Shown here piece by piece: positions 1 to 9,750 of a stretch of 64,000 nt of DNA. Both the position numbers and the translations under genes were made by a program. The stretch lies in contig CAWDCY010000002.1 in the NCBI GenBank assembly GCA_963800965.1, positions 26,708 through 90,707 of the forward strand, written 5' to 3'. The first letter of the stretch is position 1. Every line of letters begins with the position of its first letter. This DNA is from an uncultured beta proteobacterium (GTDB lineage Bacteria; Pseudomonadota; Gammaproteobacteria; Burkholderiales; Gallionellaceae). The notes beneath the pieces were generated by a model. That model was given only the letters and a program-made list of their open reading frames with translations, was not told where the DNA came from and ran no database searches.

Positions 1-171
1 GGCAAAGGTTTTGACCCAAATCAGGCACTAAATGGATTCGGGTTGCTAGGCATTCGTGAGCGGGCAATTGCAGCGGGGGGAGAGTTTTCCTCATTTAGCA
101 CGCCGGGCCACGGTGTACGCATTGACGTTCGATTGCCGCTTAAACATAAGTTGGAAAGAAGAAAACAATGA
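1..171 (+). CDS. 3' end of NarX/UhpB-type sensor histidine kinase (HATPase domain), truncated by window edge
   Basis: Frame 1 reads GKGFDPNQALNGFGLLGIRERAIAAGGEFSSFSTPGHGVRIDVRLPL...* (G1/G2 boxes); its TGA overlaps the ATG of the response regulator (ATGA at 168-171). Confidence 0.85.
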   Translation, partial: GKGFDPNQALNGFGLLGIRERAIAAGGEFSSFSTPGHGVRIDVRLPLKHKLERRKQ

Positions 172-830
172 GCCTAAGCGCTGCCGTTCAGCCGATTACA
201 GTATTGCTGGTAGACGATCACCCTGTGGTGCGCGATGGTTTTCGCCGCTTGCTTGAAAGTACATCTGACATTCGAGTAGTGGCAGAAGCCGATGATGGAG
301 AAGTGGGCTATATTCTTTACCGGGAGTTAAAACCTGATGTAGTGGTTCTTGATCTCAATATGCCGGGTTTCGGTGGTCTGGAAACAATTCGTCGTATCAG
401 GGCGCATGATCCGGTTGCGCATATTCTGATATTCAGTATGCACGGTAATGAAAATTTGGTGCAGCGCGTTCTGGAGATGGGCGCAACGGGTTATCTAACC
501 AAACAAAGCGGTCTCAAACAAATAGCGCATGCTGTACGCCAAGTAAGGCTGGGGAAAACATATGTCGACCCGGAGCATATTTCGGACATTGTTGCTGACA
601 GGCAGTTGTTTAATGTGGCTTTGGATCCAATAAACGCACTTTCCAAACGTGAATTTCAGTTGTTCAAATTGATGGCTGAAGGCAGTTCGATACTTGAGAT
701 TGCCGAAAATCTTTCAATTAGCCCCAAAACTGTTGGTGTACATCACGCCAGTATCATGAGAAAACTCAAATTGCAGAACGCTACCCAACTTGTTCGCTTG
801 GCACTTCTTTGTGACATCATTTCTTTGTGA
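168..830 (+). CDS. NarL/FixJ-family response regulator (REC + LuxR HTH)
   Basis: VLLVDDHPVVR, VVLDLNMPG, GYLTK; C-terminal LSKREFQLF...IAENLSISPKTVGVH. Confidence 0.95.
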   Translation: MSLSAAVQPITVLLVDDHPVVRDGFRRLLESTSDIRVVAEADDGEVGYILYRELKPDVVVLDLNMPGFGGLETIRRIRAHDPVAHILIFSMHGNENLVQRVLEMGATGYLTKQSGLKQIAHAVRQVRLGKTYVDPEHISDIVADRQLFNVALDPINALSKREFQLFKLMAEGSSILEIAENLSISPKTVGVHHASIMRKLKLQNATQLVRLALLCDIISL

Positions 831-853
831 CATCGGCCTAAAAATATTACCTT

Positions 854-1663
854 ATGAAAAATATTGCCAAAACGATGCAGCAGCAAGTTGATCAGATGAT
901 TGCCTGGATAACTAAACCGCTAACGAATGGTGAAAGCGATAAGCCATATTTAACCGAGCACGAAGGAATCCTTGCGTTGCATTTTGATGCCTTGTACATA
1001 CAAAGCGGGATGTGCATTGAACAACCGGACACGCTTCTATTTAGTTATACCAGAGTCATGATGAGTTTTTTGTTGTTTGAACCATTACCCAAGCGTATCG
1101 CAATGATAGGGTTAGGTGGCGGTTCACTGGCTAAGTATTGCTACCGCTATTTGCCACAGACAAAAATTTCGGTTGTCGAAATTAACCCCGATGTGATTGC
1201 TCTGCGAAATGAATTTGCAATACCTGCAGACGACACGCGCTTTCAAGTGTTGCTGGGCGATGGGGCCGAGTGGGTTGCAGATACAGACAGTCAACCGAAT
1301 GTACTGATGGTAGATGGATTTGATGCGGCTGGATTATCCGTTCAATTAGGCAGTCAGCAGTTTTATGATGATTGCTTCGCATCCTTGGCTGACAATGGAA
1401 TTCTGGTGGTCAACTTGTGGGGTAGTCATGCGCACCACGATGAATACCTGGCACGAATTCACAATAGTTTTGCCAGCCACCTCGTGGTTATTGAAACGGA
1501 GGACAGCTTCAACAAAATCGTCTTCGCTGTGAAAAATATTGAGTTTCCGCCCCCCGCATCCATAATACGGCACCATGCAAAATTACTGTGCTCGTCGCAC
1601 CCGTTGAATTTTCAAGCGAAATCAAACAAGTTGATTCGTGCCTTGCCAATCGGCGCTATCTAA
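854..1663 (+). CDS. Spermidine synthase-like SAM-dependent transferase
   Basis: IQSGM...YTRVMM, IGLGGGSL, VVEINPDVI, GDGA, MVDGFD motifs. Confidence 0.8.
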   Translation: MKNIAKTMQQQVDQMIAWITKPLTNGESDKPYLTEHEGILALHFDALYIQSGMCIEQPDTLLFSYTRVMMSFLLFEPLPKRIAMIGLGGGSLAKYCYRYLPQTKISVVEINPDVIALRNEFAIPADDTRFQVLLGDGAEWVADTDSQPNVLMVDGFDAAGLSVQLGSQQFYDDCFASLADNGILVVNLWGSHAHHDEYLARIHNSFASHLVVIETEDSFNKIVFAVKNIEFPPPASIIRHHAKLLCSSHPLNFQAKSNKLIRALPIGAI

Positions 1664-1726
1664 GTCGCATTCTTGGTGGTTGCGCGCCTTTATCGGGCGA
1701 CAGAAAAAAATATTTCGGCGAGCCCG

Positions 1727-1757
1727 GTAGGTCGAGCTGAATGAAATGAAGCCCACC
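1727..1757. repeat. Degenerate GTAG-type REP-like palindrome
   Basis: GTAGGTCGAGCTGAATGAAATGAAGCCCACC resembles GTAG-headed REP hairpins; lies between convergent genes. Confidence 0.4.
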
Positions 1758-2037
1758 ATCTCATTTACGCTGATCCGAGCAGTCTGTTGTTCAAGTGCTT
1801 CCCGCTACATCGGCATGTTGGAACGCAATCTGTTTGTCTACCTCTTTATTGTGTTGTGCCACATTTGATTCAGCCAAATCGAGCTTTTGGGTGACCCCAC
1901 TCGAATGCAAAGCTATTGCCCCTCTTTGCTTTCAAGCATGTCGACATTGAAAGCTGGCATAGTGGCTGTTGGTCATGATGACGATGGGGGTAATGACAAG
2001 GGCAAGAATAACCCTGGTGCCAATAGCAAGGCTGGGC

Positions 2038-3402
2038 TTATATCGTCATTGAAAATATTTTAGTTTCTGGCGCTTTACGCAATAATCGTAAATCAAATGC
2101 CATGCAAATATTCCTGACAAAAGGTCTGGCATGTTCTGGTACCACTAATTTGTTCTTGCTTAACTCTACTAGTCCGTCGGCTTCCATTTCTTCCAGTTGT
2201 AGAAGACAGGTCTCTATTTCTGGAAATTGGCTATCTTCTTCGTCCCAGCTTGTTTCAAAATGACACATTATATTAAGAATATGTTGGCGGACGATGCGAT
2301 CTTCGGCGGTTAATAAATGACCTCGAAATACCGGTAACTCACCCCTGTTAGCACGGGCTTGGTACTCAGGAACCGTTTTTTCATTTTGCGCAAAAGCGTA
2401 CCAGGAATCGCTAATCGCCGACATACCCAAACCGATCATTAGCCGAGTTTTACTTGCGGTATATCCCATAAAGTTGCGGTGTAATTTCTTGCTTTGTAAT
2501 GACTGAAATAAGGAATCAGATTTTAAAGCGAAATGATCCATACCGATTTCTTCGTATCCCAATTCCGAAAACAGTTTCTTTCCTGTTTCATATAACGCTC
2601 TCTTGACCTCATTTTTAGGAAGGTCTGCTTCGTTATAACCACGCTGGCCCGTACCCATTATCCAAGGAACATGCGCGTAGCTGTAAAATGCTAGTCTATC
2701 TGGAAGCAATTGATTTGTTTTATTAATTGTGTGGACTACATTTTCCAGCGTTTGATGCGGCAAGCCAAAAATCAAATCGTGACTTATCGAGGTATAACCC
2801 GTTTCTCTGGCCCATTCAGTCACCTGCCTGACGCACTCGAAACTTTGAATCCTGTTAATTGTTTTTTGCACCAAAGGGTCATAGTCCTGAACCCCAAAAC
2901 TGCATCTATTGAAGCCCAGATCAAATAGAGTTTTGAGGTGCTCCCTAGTGGTACTGTTAGGGTGGGCTTCCAGACCGAATTCATGTTCTTCAGCAATTTC
3001 AGAGTGTTCCATAATGCCATTGATCAACATTTTTAGATGATCTGGACTAAAGAAAGTTGGCGTTCCTCCACCCAAGTGTAATTCCTTAATTCTGGGGGTT
3101 TTGGAGAATAACTGTCGGTAGGTTTTCCATTCTTTTAAAACGGCTTCGATATACAGAGGTTCTACATCATGTTTTTTTGTAATACGTTTGTGGCAACCGC
3201 AGAAGGTGCACAGGCTTTCGCAAAAAGGCAGGTGAATATATAAACTTATCCCTTCACTAGTATTGCTTTCTTCAAATGCTCGAACGGCCGTGGTTTGCCA
3301 TATGGCTGAAGTAATTGATTCATCGTCCCAGTACGGCACCGTTGGGTAGCTGGTGTATCGCGGCCCGGGTATATTGTATTTCTGGATTAAATTTTTGGGC
3401 AT
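2038..3402 (-). CDS. hemN: Oxygen-independent coproporphyrinogen III oxidase (radical SAM)
   Basis: PGPRYTSYPT, YIHLPFCESLCTFCGC (CxxxCxxC), GGGTPT, GMDHFA, LHRNFMGYT. Confidence 0.95.
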   Translation of the reverse strand: MPKNLIQKYNIPGPRYTSYPTVPYWDDESITSAIWQTTAVRAFEESNTSEGISLYIHLPFCESLCTFCGCHKRITKKHDVEPLYIEAVLKEWKTYRQLFSKTPRIKELHLGGGTPTFFSPDHLKMLINGIMEHSEIAEEHEFGLEAHPNSTTREHLKTLFDLGFNRCSFGVQDYDPLVQKTINRIQSFECVRQVTEWARETGYTSISHDLIFGLPHQTLENVVHTINKTNQLLPDRLAFYSYAHVPWIMGTGQRGYNEADLPKNEVKRALYETGKKLFSELGYEEIGMDHFALKSDSLFQSLQSKKLHRNFMGYTASKTRLMIGLGMSAISDSWYAFAQNEKTVPEYQARANRGELPVFRGHLLTAEDRIVRQHILNIMCHFETSWDEEDSQFPEIETCLLQLEEMEADGLVELSKNKLVVPEHARPFVRNICMAFDLRLLRKAPETKIFSMTI

Positions 3403-3494
3403 AATATTCGTTCGGAGCTATTTCTGACAATTTTGAGTCATCGATTAGAACAGCTATGGAGCTCTGTTATTTGCTCATAGAGCTATTGCATAAG

Positions 3495-3762
3495 TTAAGT
3501 GCCAAACCTGGCTTCAGAAGTAATATTTTCTCGATACGCGGCGACCTTCATGGATCATGCCAGAGAGCCTGTCAACGTCTTAGTGTGATCATCCCGGATA
3601 TTCCATTAGGAAATTTAACCAACATCCCCCTTTTGCAAAGGGGGAATGCGTCGTCATCGCGCGAATCAGGTCTAATGGATTATCTGGGATCATTATTCTC
3701 ATCATCAAAATTTAAGTGTATTTAAAAACGGCGATTCAATCATTCACTAATTTGGCACTTAA
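3495..3762. mobile_element. MITE-like non-coding element with 12-bp terminal inverted repeats
   Basis: TTAAGTGCCAAA (3495-3506) and TTTGGCACTTAA (3751-3762); internal hairpin CCCCCTTTTGCAAAGGGGG near 3626-3644. Confidence 0.4.
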
Positions 3763-3820
3763 ATATCAAGCCCTATGTTTTCAGGTAAAAAATCAGCAGC
3801 TCTAGTCTGTGGTTGTGTGT

Positions 3821-5053
3821 TTAGCGCTGGTTTTCATCGACGTAGGATTTCGGTGTCTCGCCGCGTTCTTGAGCAAGGCTTGTGTAATCGGTATAGCCTT
3901 TTGTGCTACCGCCATAGAAAGTGGTCTGATCTGCGATATTGAGCTGCGCGCGGGTACGAAAGCGTTCCGGTAGGTCGGGATTGGCCAGAAACTTGCGGCC
4001 AAAGGCGATCAAGTCCGCTTTGCCTTGTTGCAGCCAATCTTCGGCTGTGTCGTGGTTAAAGCCGCCAGCCAGGATCAAGGTGCCGCAGAATTTTTCCCGC
4101 ATCAGTTTCAGCATCCGCAGTGCGGCCGGGTCGGGAGCCGTGCCATTCTCAAACGCGGCTGTGGCCGGGTTAATAACATGCAGGTAGGCGAGCTGATAAT
4201 CGTTTAATTTTTCGGCGATATAACCGAAGGTCGTTTCCGGATCGTCGTCACTTATGTCGTTGAACGTACCAAGTGGCGATAGACGCACGCCGACACGATC
4301 CGCCCCCCATATTTCAATAACCGCCTCGACTATTTCCAGAAGAAGCCTCGCCCGATTCTCGACTGAGCCACCATATTCATCGTTGCGCCGATTAGTGTGG
4401 GAATTGATAAATTGATCGAGCAAATAACCGTTGGCGCCGTGAATCTCCACGCCATCAAAACCGGAGATTAGCGCATTCTTGGCTCCGCGCACATATTGAC
4501 GGACGATGTAGGGTATCTCCTCGATTTGCAAGGCGCGCGGGGTTACGAACGGCACCATTTCGCCCTTGCCGTTTTCATTTCCAATGAATGCTTCTCCGCC
4601 AGGCTTGATGGCCGACGGTGCGACTGGGAGCATGTTGTCGGGTTGCAGCGCCGGATGGGAAATGCGTCCAACATGCCATAGCTGCATGAAGATTAAACCC
4701 CCCGCCTCATGCACTGCGTTGGTAACATTTCGCCAGCCATCGATTTGTTCACGACTGTGGATTCCCGGTGTCCAAGCATATCCCTGACCCTGCATTGAGA
4801 CTTGAGTCGCTTCGCTAATAATGAGCGCCGCCGAGGCTCGTTGTGCGTAATAAAGCGCATTGAGAGCGGAGGGGGTATTGCCTGGTTGGTGGGCGCGTGA
4901 ACGCGTTAGTGGCGCCATAACGATCCGGTAAGGTAGCGTGTAACGACCCAGCCGGACAGGCTGAAACAGCCGTTCTTCAGGTGTTGTTTGTATAGTGGAT
5001 GTGTTGGAAAGTGTCATGATAGCCTCCGATCGGGATAAGTAGTGCGCCTTCAC
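3821..5053 (-). CDS. nemA: Alkene reductase / old yellow enzyme (NemA-like); start may be ATG at 5017
   Basis: VMAPLTRSRA, QLWHVGR, EIHGANGYLLDQF, RLSP, FGRKFLANPDLP, GYTDY. Confidence 0.88.
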   Translation of the reverse strand: MKAHYLSRSEAIMTLSNTSTIQTTPEERLFQPVRLGRYTLPYRIVMAPLTRSRAHQPGNTPSALNALYYAQRASAALIISEATQVSMQGQGYAWTPGIHSREQIDGWRNVTNAVHEAGGLIFMQLWHVGRISHPALQPDNMLPVAPSAIKPGGEAFIGNENGKGEMVPFVTPRALQIEEIPYIVRQYVRGAKNALISGFDGVEIHGANGYLLDQFINSHTNRRNDEYGGSVENRARLLLEIVEAVIEIWGADRVGVRLSPLGTFNDISDDDPETTFGYIAEKLNDYQLAYLHVINPATAAFENGTAPDPAALRMLKLMREKFCGTLILAGGFNHDTAEDWLQQGKADLIAFGRKFLANPDLPERFRTRAQLNIADQTTFYGGSTKGYTDYTSLAQERGETPKSYVDENQR

Positions 5054-5230
5054 AATATATTAAGCTGTGATACAAGATGGCATGAGGTGCGAGAATGGGG
5101 CGGAAATATTCCTTTCTGTTCTGATCGCACACCAGAGAATCATTTGACATTGTTACACGAAAACAACACCTGCCTCAATTTGAGTGGAATATGATTTGAG
5201 AATGTTCATAGGGTGGCAGCTGTAAAAGTT

Positions 5231-5251
5231 AAATAAGCAAATTGCTTATTT
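5231..5251. promoter_or_regulatory. Perfect 10-1-10 palindrome AAATAAGCAA-A-TTGCTTATTT, candidate operator (copy 1)
   Basis: Between divergent nemA and nadC; identical copy at 8113-8133. Confidence 0.55.
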
Positions 5252-5429
5252 TGGTCAAGGGGCTTGCAGGCAGTGTTTTTGTGGTGGGCTAGATAACACA
5301 AGCCTTGGCTCCAGAAAATGCCGCAGGATAATGATGTGCGGGAAGGTGCCGGCTGAACTTGCTCATCGGTTAAGATGAAATTTATTATTTGATAATGAGC
5401 CCGCTACGGGCGTCTAAGGCTAAACTAAA

Positions 5430-6275
5430 ATGATCAACCAACATGAACTGGCCACCCATATTAATGCCAGTGTAACCGCCGCTCTCGATGAAGACCTGCG
5501 CGGCGGTGACCTCACTGCACAACTAATTCCCCTGCATACAAAAGCGCAGGCCGCTGTTATAACGCGCCAAGATGCAGTGTTATGCGGCACAGCTTGGTTT
5601 GACGCGTGTTTCCATGCTATGGATAAAGATTGCATCATTCGTTGGCTTGCGCAGGATGGCGATGTTGTAACAGCCAGGCAAACGCTGTGCGAGATACGCG
5701 GAGATGCACGTGCGATGCTGACTGCAGAACGGTGCGCGCTTAATTTTTTGCAGACACTTTCCGCTACCGCCACGCAAACTCGGCATTATGTTGAGGCGGT
5801 GCGCGGCACGCATGCGAAAATTTTGGATACACGCAAGACGCTGCCAGGTCTGCGCATAGCACAGAAATATGCGGTAAAAGCGGGCGGCGGGCATAATCAG
5901 CGGATTGGCTTATTTGATGGCATGCTGATTAAGGAGAATCATATCCTGGCTGCGGGTGGTATTCGCCCTGCGTTGGAACAAGCTTTTCGTCTTGCCTCCG
6001 AGGAGATAAGCATCCAAATTGAAGTGGAAAATCTGGAACAGCTGTGTGAAGCACTTGATGCAGGCGCCAGGCTGATTTTGCTCGACAATTTCGATCTTGA
6101 AAGTCTGCGCGCTGCTGTCAGATTCACTGCCGGACGCGCTGAACTGGAAGCCTCAGGCGGCGTTAATCTTGATAAAGTACGCGCTATCGCCGAGACCGGC
6201 GTAGAACGCATTTCCATTGGTGGCCTGACCAAAGATATACAGGCTGTAGATTTGTCGATGCGGTTTGAAATTTAA
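5430..6275 (+). CDS. nadC: Nicotinate-nucleotide diphosphorylase (quinolinate phosphoribosyltransferase)
   Basis: AERCALNFLQ, DTRKTLPG, LIKENH, IEVE, LLDNF, EASGG. Confidence 0.97.
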   Translation: MINQHELATHINASVTAALDEDLRGGDLTAQLIPLHTKAQAAVITRQDAVLCGTAWFDACFHAMDKDCIIRWLAQDGDVVTARQTLCEIRGDARAMLTAERCALNFLQTLSATATQTRHYVEAVRGTHAKILDTRKTLPGLRIAQKYAVKAGGGHNQRIGLFDGMLIKENHILAAGGIRPALEQAFRLASEEISIQIEVENLEQLCEALDAGARLILLDNFDLESLRAAVRFTAGRAELEASGGVNLDKVRAIAETGVERISIGGLTKDIQAVDLSMRFEI

Positions 6276-6321
6276 TCTATCGTTCCCCATGTAGGAAGTA
6301 TTCACAATTGAGGTAAAAGTC

Positions 6322-6756
6322 ATGAACGACTCCATAAATATCGTCTGTCCGAGTTGCGATGCGGTCAACCGTATTCCTTCTGGAAAGCTAACCAGCCAGC
6401 CGAACTGCGGCAAATGCAAACAAGCTCTGTTTAACGCGCATCCGATTGAGCTGAACAGCGACAACTTCGAGAAGTACATCACGCGTAACGATATCCCGGT
6501 TCTGGTGGATTTCTGGGCACCATGGTGTGGTCCTTGCCGCATGATGGCGCCCGCCTTTGTGCAGGCAGCAGCGAAACTCGAGCCAGAAATACGTTTAGCT
6601 AAACTAAATACAGAAGAAGCGCAGGAACTGGGTGCGCGCTATAACATACGCAGCATTCCCACCTTGGCAATCTTCAAAAATGGACGCGAAGCAGCAAGAC
6701 AGGCAGGCGCCATGGATGTGGCTGGCATTGTGTCATGGGCTCGTGCTAACGCCTGA
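6322..6756 (+). CDS. trxC: Thioredoxin 2
   Basis: N-terminal CPSC...CGKC zinc site plus WAPWCGPC. Confidence 0.95.
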   Translation: MNDSINIVCPSCDAVNRIPSGKLTSQPNCGKCKQALFNAHPIELNSDNFEKYITRNDIPVLVDFWAPWCGPCRMMAPAFVQAAAKLEPEIRLAKLNTEEAQELGARYNIRSIPTLAIFKNGREAARQAGAMDVAGIVSWARANA

Positions 6757-6929
6757 AACGCCAAGCAAATGCTTTGCCTTTGGTTGTTTCGTTCGTGGAA
6801 CATCAACCGGCCAGTGTAATCGGTGAAAGTCCGGTACAAAGTTTGGGCGGAACATCATCTCGGCCTTAAGTCATGCGTTTGCCGTTATGAGCGGCAAACG
6901 CAGTGATAACAGGGAAAGGATAGCGATTC

Positions 6930-7985
6930 TTAGTTTTTGTTCACCCTGATGCTGTATGAGCCAGTACCTTGAGTTTTATTGTAATGTCGAACCTGAGCAA
7001 AATATTGTCCCGGGATGAGTTCAACTGTGATTTTCGAATTGAGTCCAATGCCACCATCGTCGTCTTCGGTGATAAGACTCGTCTGACTGTTGGGGCCGAA
7101 TAACTTCATCACCACATCGGTTTGGCCGCCTGTTTGTATGATATGGCGACCGCTCTTTTTTACGGTGAATTTGAACACGTCTTCTTCACCAGGCACGCCG
7201 ATCGATGTTGATACGGGCGCCGCATTGACGCCTAATTCGATCGCTTGAACCGCAGCGTGCGGATAGGCTTGTTCGCTGGCAATGAAAGCCCTGTCCAGCG
7301 CTGATAACACGTTATTCTCTTTGGTGCCATGGCCGCTTTTTACCCAAGTATCAGGAAAGAAGTAAAGCATGATTGAATCGGGATCGAATTCCGTCCCCTT
7401 GATCTGATCAACCGCATACTTTTCCAAAACATTGTGCCGAATTTGATTCGGGGTCCAGTTATTCGGCGGGCCGCTGAGGTCACGGAGGACGACTTCCTCG
7501 TTCCACTCAATTCCCCCGGACGGATTTTGATGCTCGTGCGCCAGACCGATTGTATGGCCAAACTCATGGGCGGCAGTGCCGCCGTCGAGAAATCCAAGGT
7601 TCATCGTGGGCTGATCGCGCGGGATGGATAGACAATCTGTGCCGATATAGGACCACGACCCATCCGACGAATCAAAAGCAATGCGAATCTCTGCGTCGGG
7701 CGCGTTGTTAAACTCGAATTTCAGATTCGCATGTGGAAGCCACCATAGCGCTTGCTCTTTGGCGATTGCCTGCTGGGCATTGGTCCCGCCCATGAATCGA
7801 ACGCGTAATGTCGATCCATTGATCCACATCTTTCTAAAAACGAAGACCGCCCGCACTGGCCCAGTGCCGAGTCTGATAGTCTGTTGCGGGCGGACAAGAT
7901 CGAGCGGCAGAAGTCTGTCGTGACAAATTTTTAGATTCTCTTTCATGGTGATCTCCTTGTAAGAAAAAGCTGAATTCTCAATCAA
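6930..7985 (-). CDS. M12/astacin-like zinc metallopeptidase with C-terminal PPC-like domain; start probably ATG at 7946
   Basis: HEFGHTIGLAHEH zinc motif, SIMLY Met-turn, C-terminal EDDDGG...PGQYFAQVRHY...GSYSIRV. Confidence 0.85.
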   Translation of the reverse strand: MIENSAFSYKEITMKENLKICHDRLLPLDLVRPQQTIRLGTGPVRAVFVFRKMWINGSTLRVRFMGGTNAQQAIAKEQALWWLPHANLKFEFNNAPDAEIRIAFDSSDGSWSYIGTDCLSIPRDQPTMNLGFLDGGTAAHEFGHTIGLAHEHQNPSGGIEWNEEVVLRDLSGPPNNWTPNQIRHNVLEKYAVDQIKGTEFDPDSIMLYFFPDTWVKSGHGTKENNVLSALDRAFIASEQAYPHAAVQAIELGVNAAPVSTSIGVPGEEDVFKFTVKKSGRHIIQTGGQTDVVMKLFGPNSQTSLITEDDDGGIGLNSKITVELIPGQYFAQVRHYNKTQGTGSYSIRVNKN

Positions 7986-8112
7986 ATTTCATGCCATGCT
8001 AATGCATTCTCGGGTAACAGATTTTACAAGCGGCTCATATCAAACCCTCGTATTTACTTGGGGGTAATTATTCCAGCAAGGTCGCAATAGTAGGGCGACA
8101 CCTAAAAAATGC

Positions 8113-8133
8113 AAATAAGCAAATTGCTTATTT
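8113..8133. promoter_or_regulatory. Perfect 10-1-10 palindrome, candidate operator (copy 2)
   Basis: Identical to 5231-5251; between divergent peptidase and secreted hypothetical gene. Confidence 0.55.
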
Positions 8134-8301
8134 TTTGATTAAGGGCAGTACGTAAAATAGGCTGTGTCCACTGTAGAGCGATTGGGAAGTTTTTGTTAAG
8201 AAAATCATTCAATGCTCGAGCATTGCCGCTACAGAAAGAAGTAAGTGCTACCATAAATATGTTTATCGTAAGTTTTTGTGCATAACTTTGGGAGACAAAA
8301 A

Positions 8302-9259
8302 ATGTTAAATCTTAAAATCATAGTGGCATTTCTGTGCTTTTTAATATGTTCTCCCGCTTGGGCATTCATGCCAGCTGCCGGAATGTGGGGGGTTGATTCT
8401 GAGGATAACGGACTTCCCGGCAGAGGGTTCCAGATTGAGGCAGAAAACGGAATAGTCGTTTTTACATATTACGGATACCGAGCAGATGGCAGTAGTGTGT
8501 TTTATTACGCGGCTGGTCCAATTGTAAATAATACCTTCACAGCCTCTCTTCTTGATTTGCATGGAGGGACATCGTTAGGTGGGCCACTTCAAACCGCGTC
8601 TTTATTAGACCCAGCTGGCACAGTTACAATTATTTTTTCAAGCGGCAAGCACGGTATCATTTCGTTGCCCAATGAGCCGCAAAGGGCCATTTCAAAGAGG
8701 CCATTTGGATATTTCGACGGGCATGATGGATTGCTTAGGGACATGGTTGTTCACGAGAATACAAGGCCAAGCTCCACTTTCACAGATGAAAAATTTAACC
8801 ACTAACACTGGAGTATCAACCGATACAGGTAATGGTATTGTTACGACGGCAGCGTTGGATTTTTTTTGTGAGTTTCAGGTTTCCGGAGAACTTGCTGGGA
8901 TAGTGGTATGTGGTGATGTCTCGGAAGTGGTTGGATCAGTGTTCTTTGTTCTAAAATATTCAGGCGATAGGGGTGATGGTGTCGCGGCAGTGTTATTGTC
9001 TTCAAGTGGAGATTTTAGCGTCGACCAAAAAATGCATGCTCTTAGGATATTGACAAAGAATGGCATTAAAACGGGACTTAATGACGGAACAGAAGAGTCC
9101 TTGACAGATAAATCTCAATTAGTCCCAGCGCAGGTATCAACTCAAAACTTGAAGCAGGTGGTAATTGGTAAACCGTTGCCATTGGCGGAAGTAAAAATAA
9201 TAGAGGCTCTTAAAATATGGGCTTCTGAAGCTCGGGCAATCGTGCAGCAGATTCCGTAG
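8302..9259 (+). pseudogene. Secreted hypothetical protein split by a +1 frameshift near 8737 (or a sequencing error)
   Basis: GGAG RBS, signal peptide MLNLK...SPAWA; ORF 8278-8805 joins ORF 8672-9259 as ...DGHDGLL|GTWLFTRIQ when one base is removed. Confidence 0.65.
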
Positions 9260-9288
9260 TTATTAAGTTATGACATTGATATCATGAC

Positions 9289-9331
9289 TCTGGGGCAGAG
9301 GGTAACGTAGTAATCGACCCTGTGCCACAGA
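9289..9331. repeat. Degenerate hairpin TCTGGGGCAGAGGGT...ACCCTGTGCCACAGA
   Basis: 13 of 15 stem positions complementary; resembles a decayed GGGGTC...GACCCC-type hairpin. Confidence 0.4.
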
Positions 9332-9371
9332 AGAAACACACTGCTCATCGAATGTGGCAAACGAGTTTATG

Positions 9372-9527
9372 CGTCAGATCTACATCATGCCTACCAAAGG
9401 TGAAGAGTATACCGATCAGGGGCAGGCCTACTTCGAAGAACGCTATCGCGAAAGTGTGTTGCGGCAACTGACCCAGCGCGCTGAAAAAACGAGGATGAAA
9501 CACGTCGTCAATAAACAGCTCGCTTAA
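9372..9527 (+). mobile_element. IS110-family transposase C-terminal remnant
   Basis: Translates RQIYIMPTKGEEYTDQGQAYFEERYRESVLRQLTQRAEK, matching the C-terminal pattern I recognise from IS110 transposases; rest of gene absent. Confidence 0.7.
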
Positions 9528-9750
9528 CTTCTCTTTTTAAAATCAGTTTGTTGAAATGCATTTCTTAATCGTCATTTCTTAAGAGAGAGCGAGCGTATGC
9601 GAAATTGCGTAAAATGAAAAAATTTTGTAGCCATTTTTACGGATCATCTTAAAAATGTAGGCATCACAAGATGAATGTTCATATAACTTTGCCAATTGCC
9701 CAATCTGGAGAAATATTATTAAGACCAAGCCGCTTATTATCAGCAAACCT

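Noticed and set aside
3486-3506. Sigma-54 promoter for hemN (minus strand TGGCAC...TGCA)
   Set aside because: GG-to-GC spacing is 12 nt rather than the required 10
5300-5429. Riboswitch upstream of nadC
   Set aside because: I could not match the conserved core of any known aptamer by eye; an Infernal search would be needed
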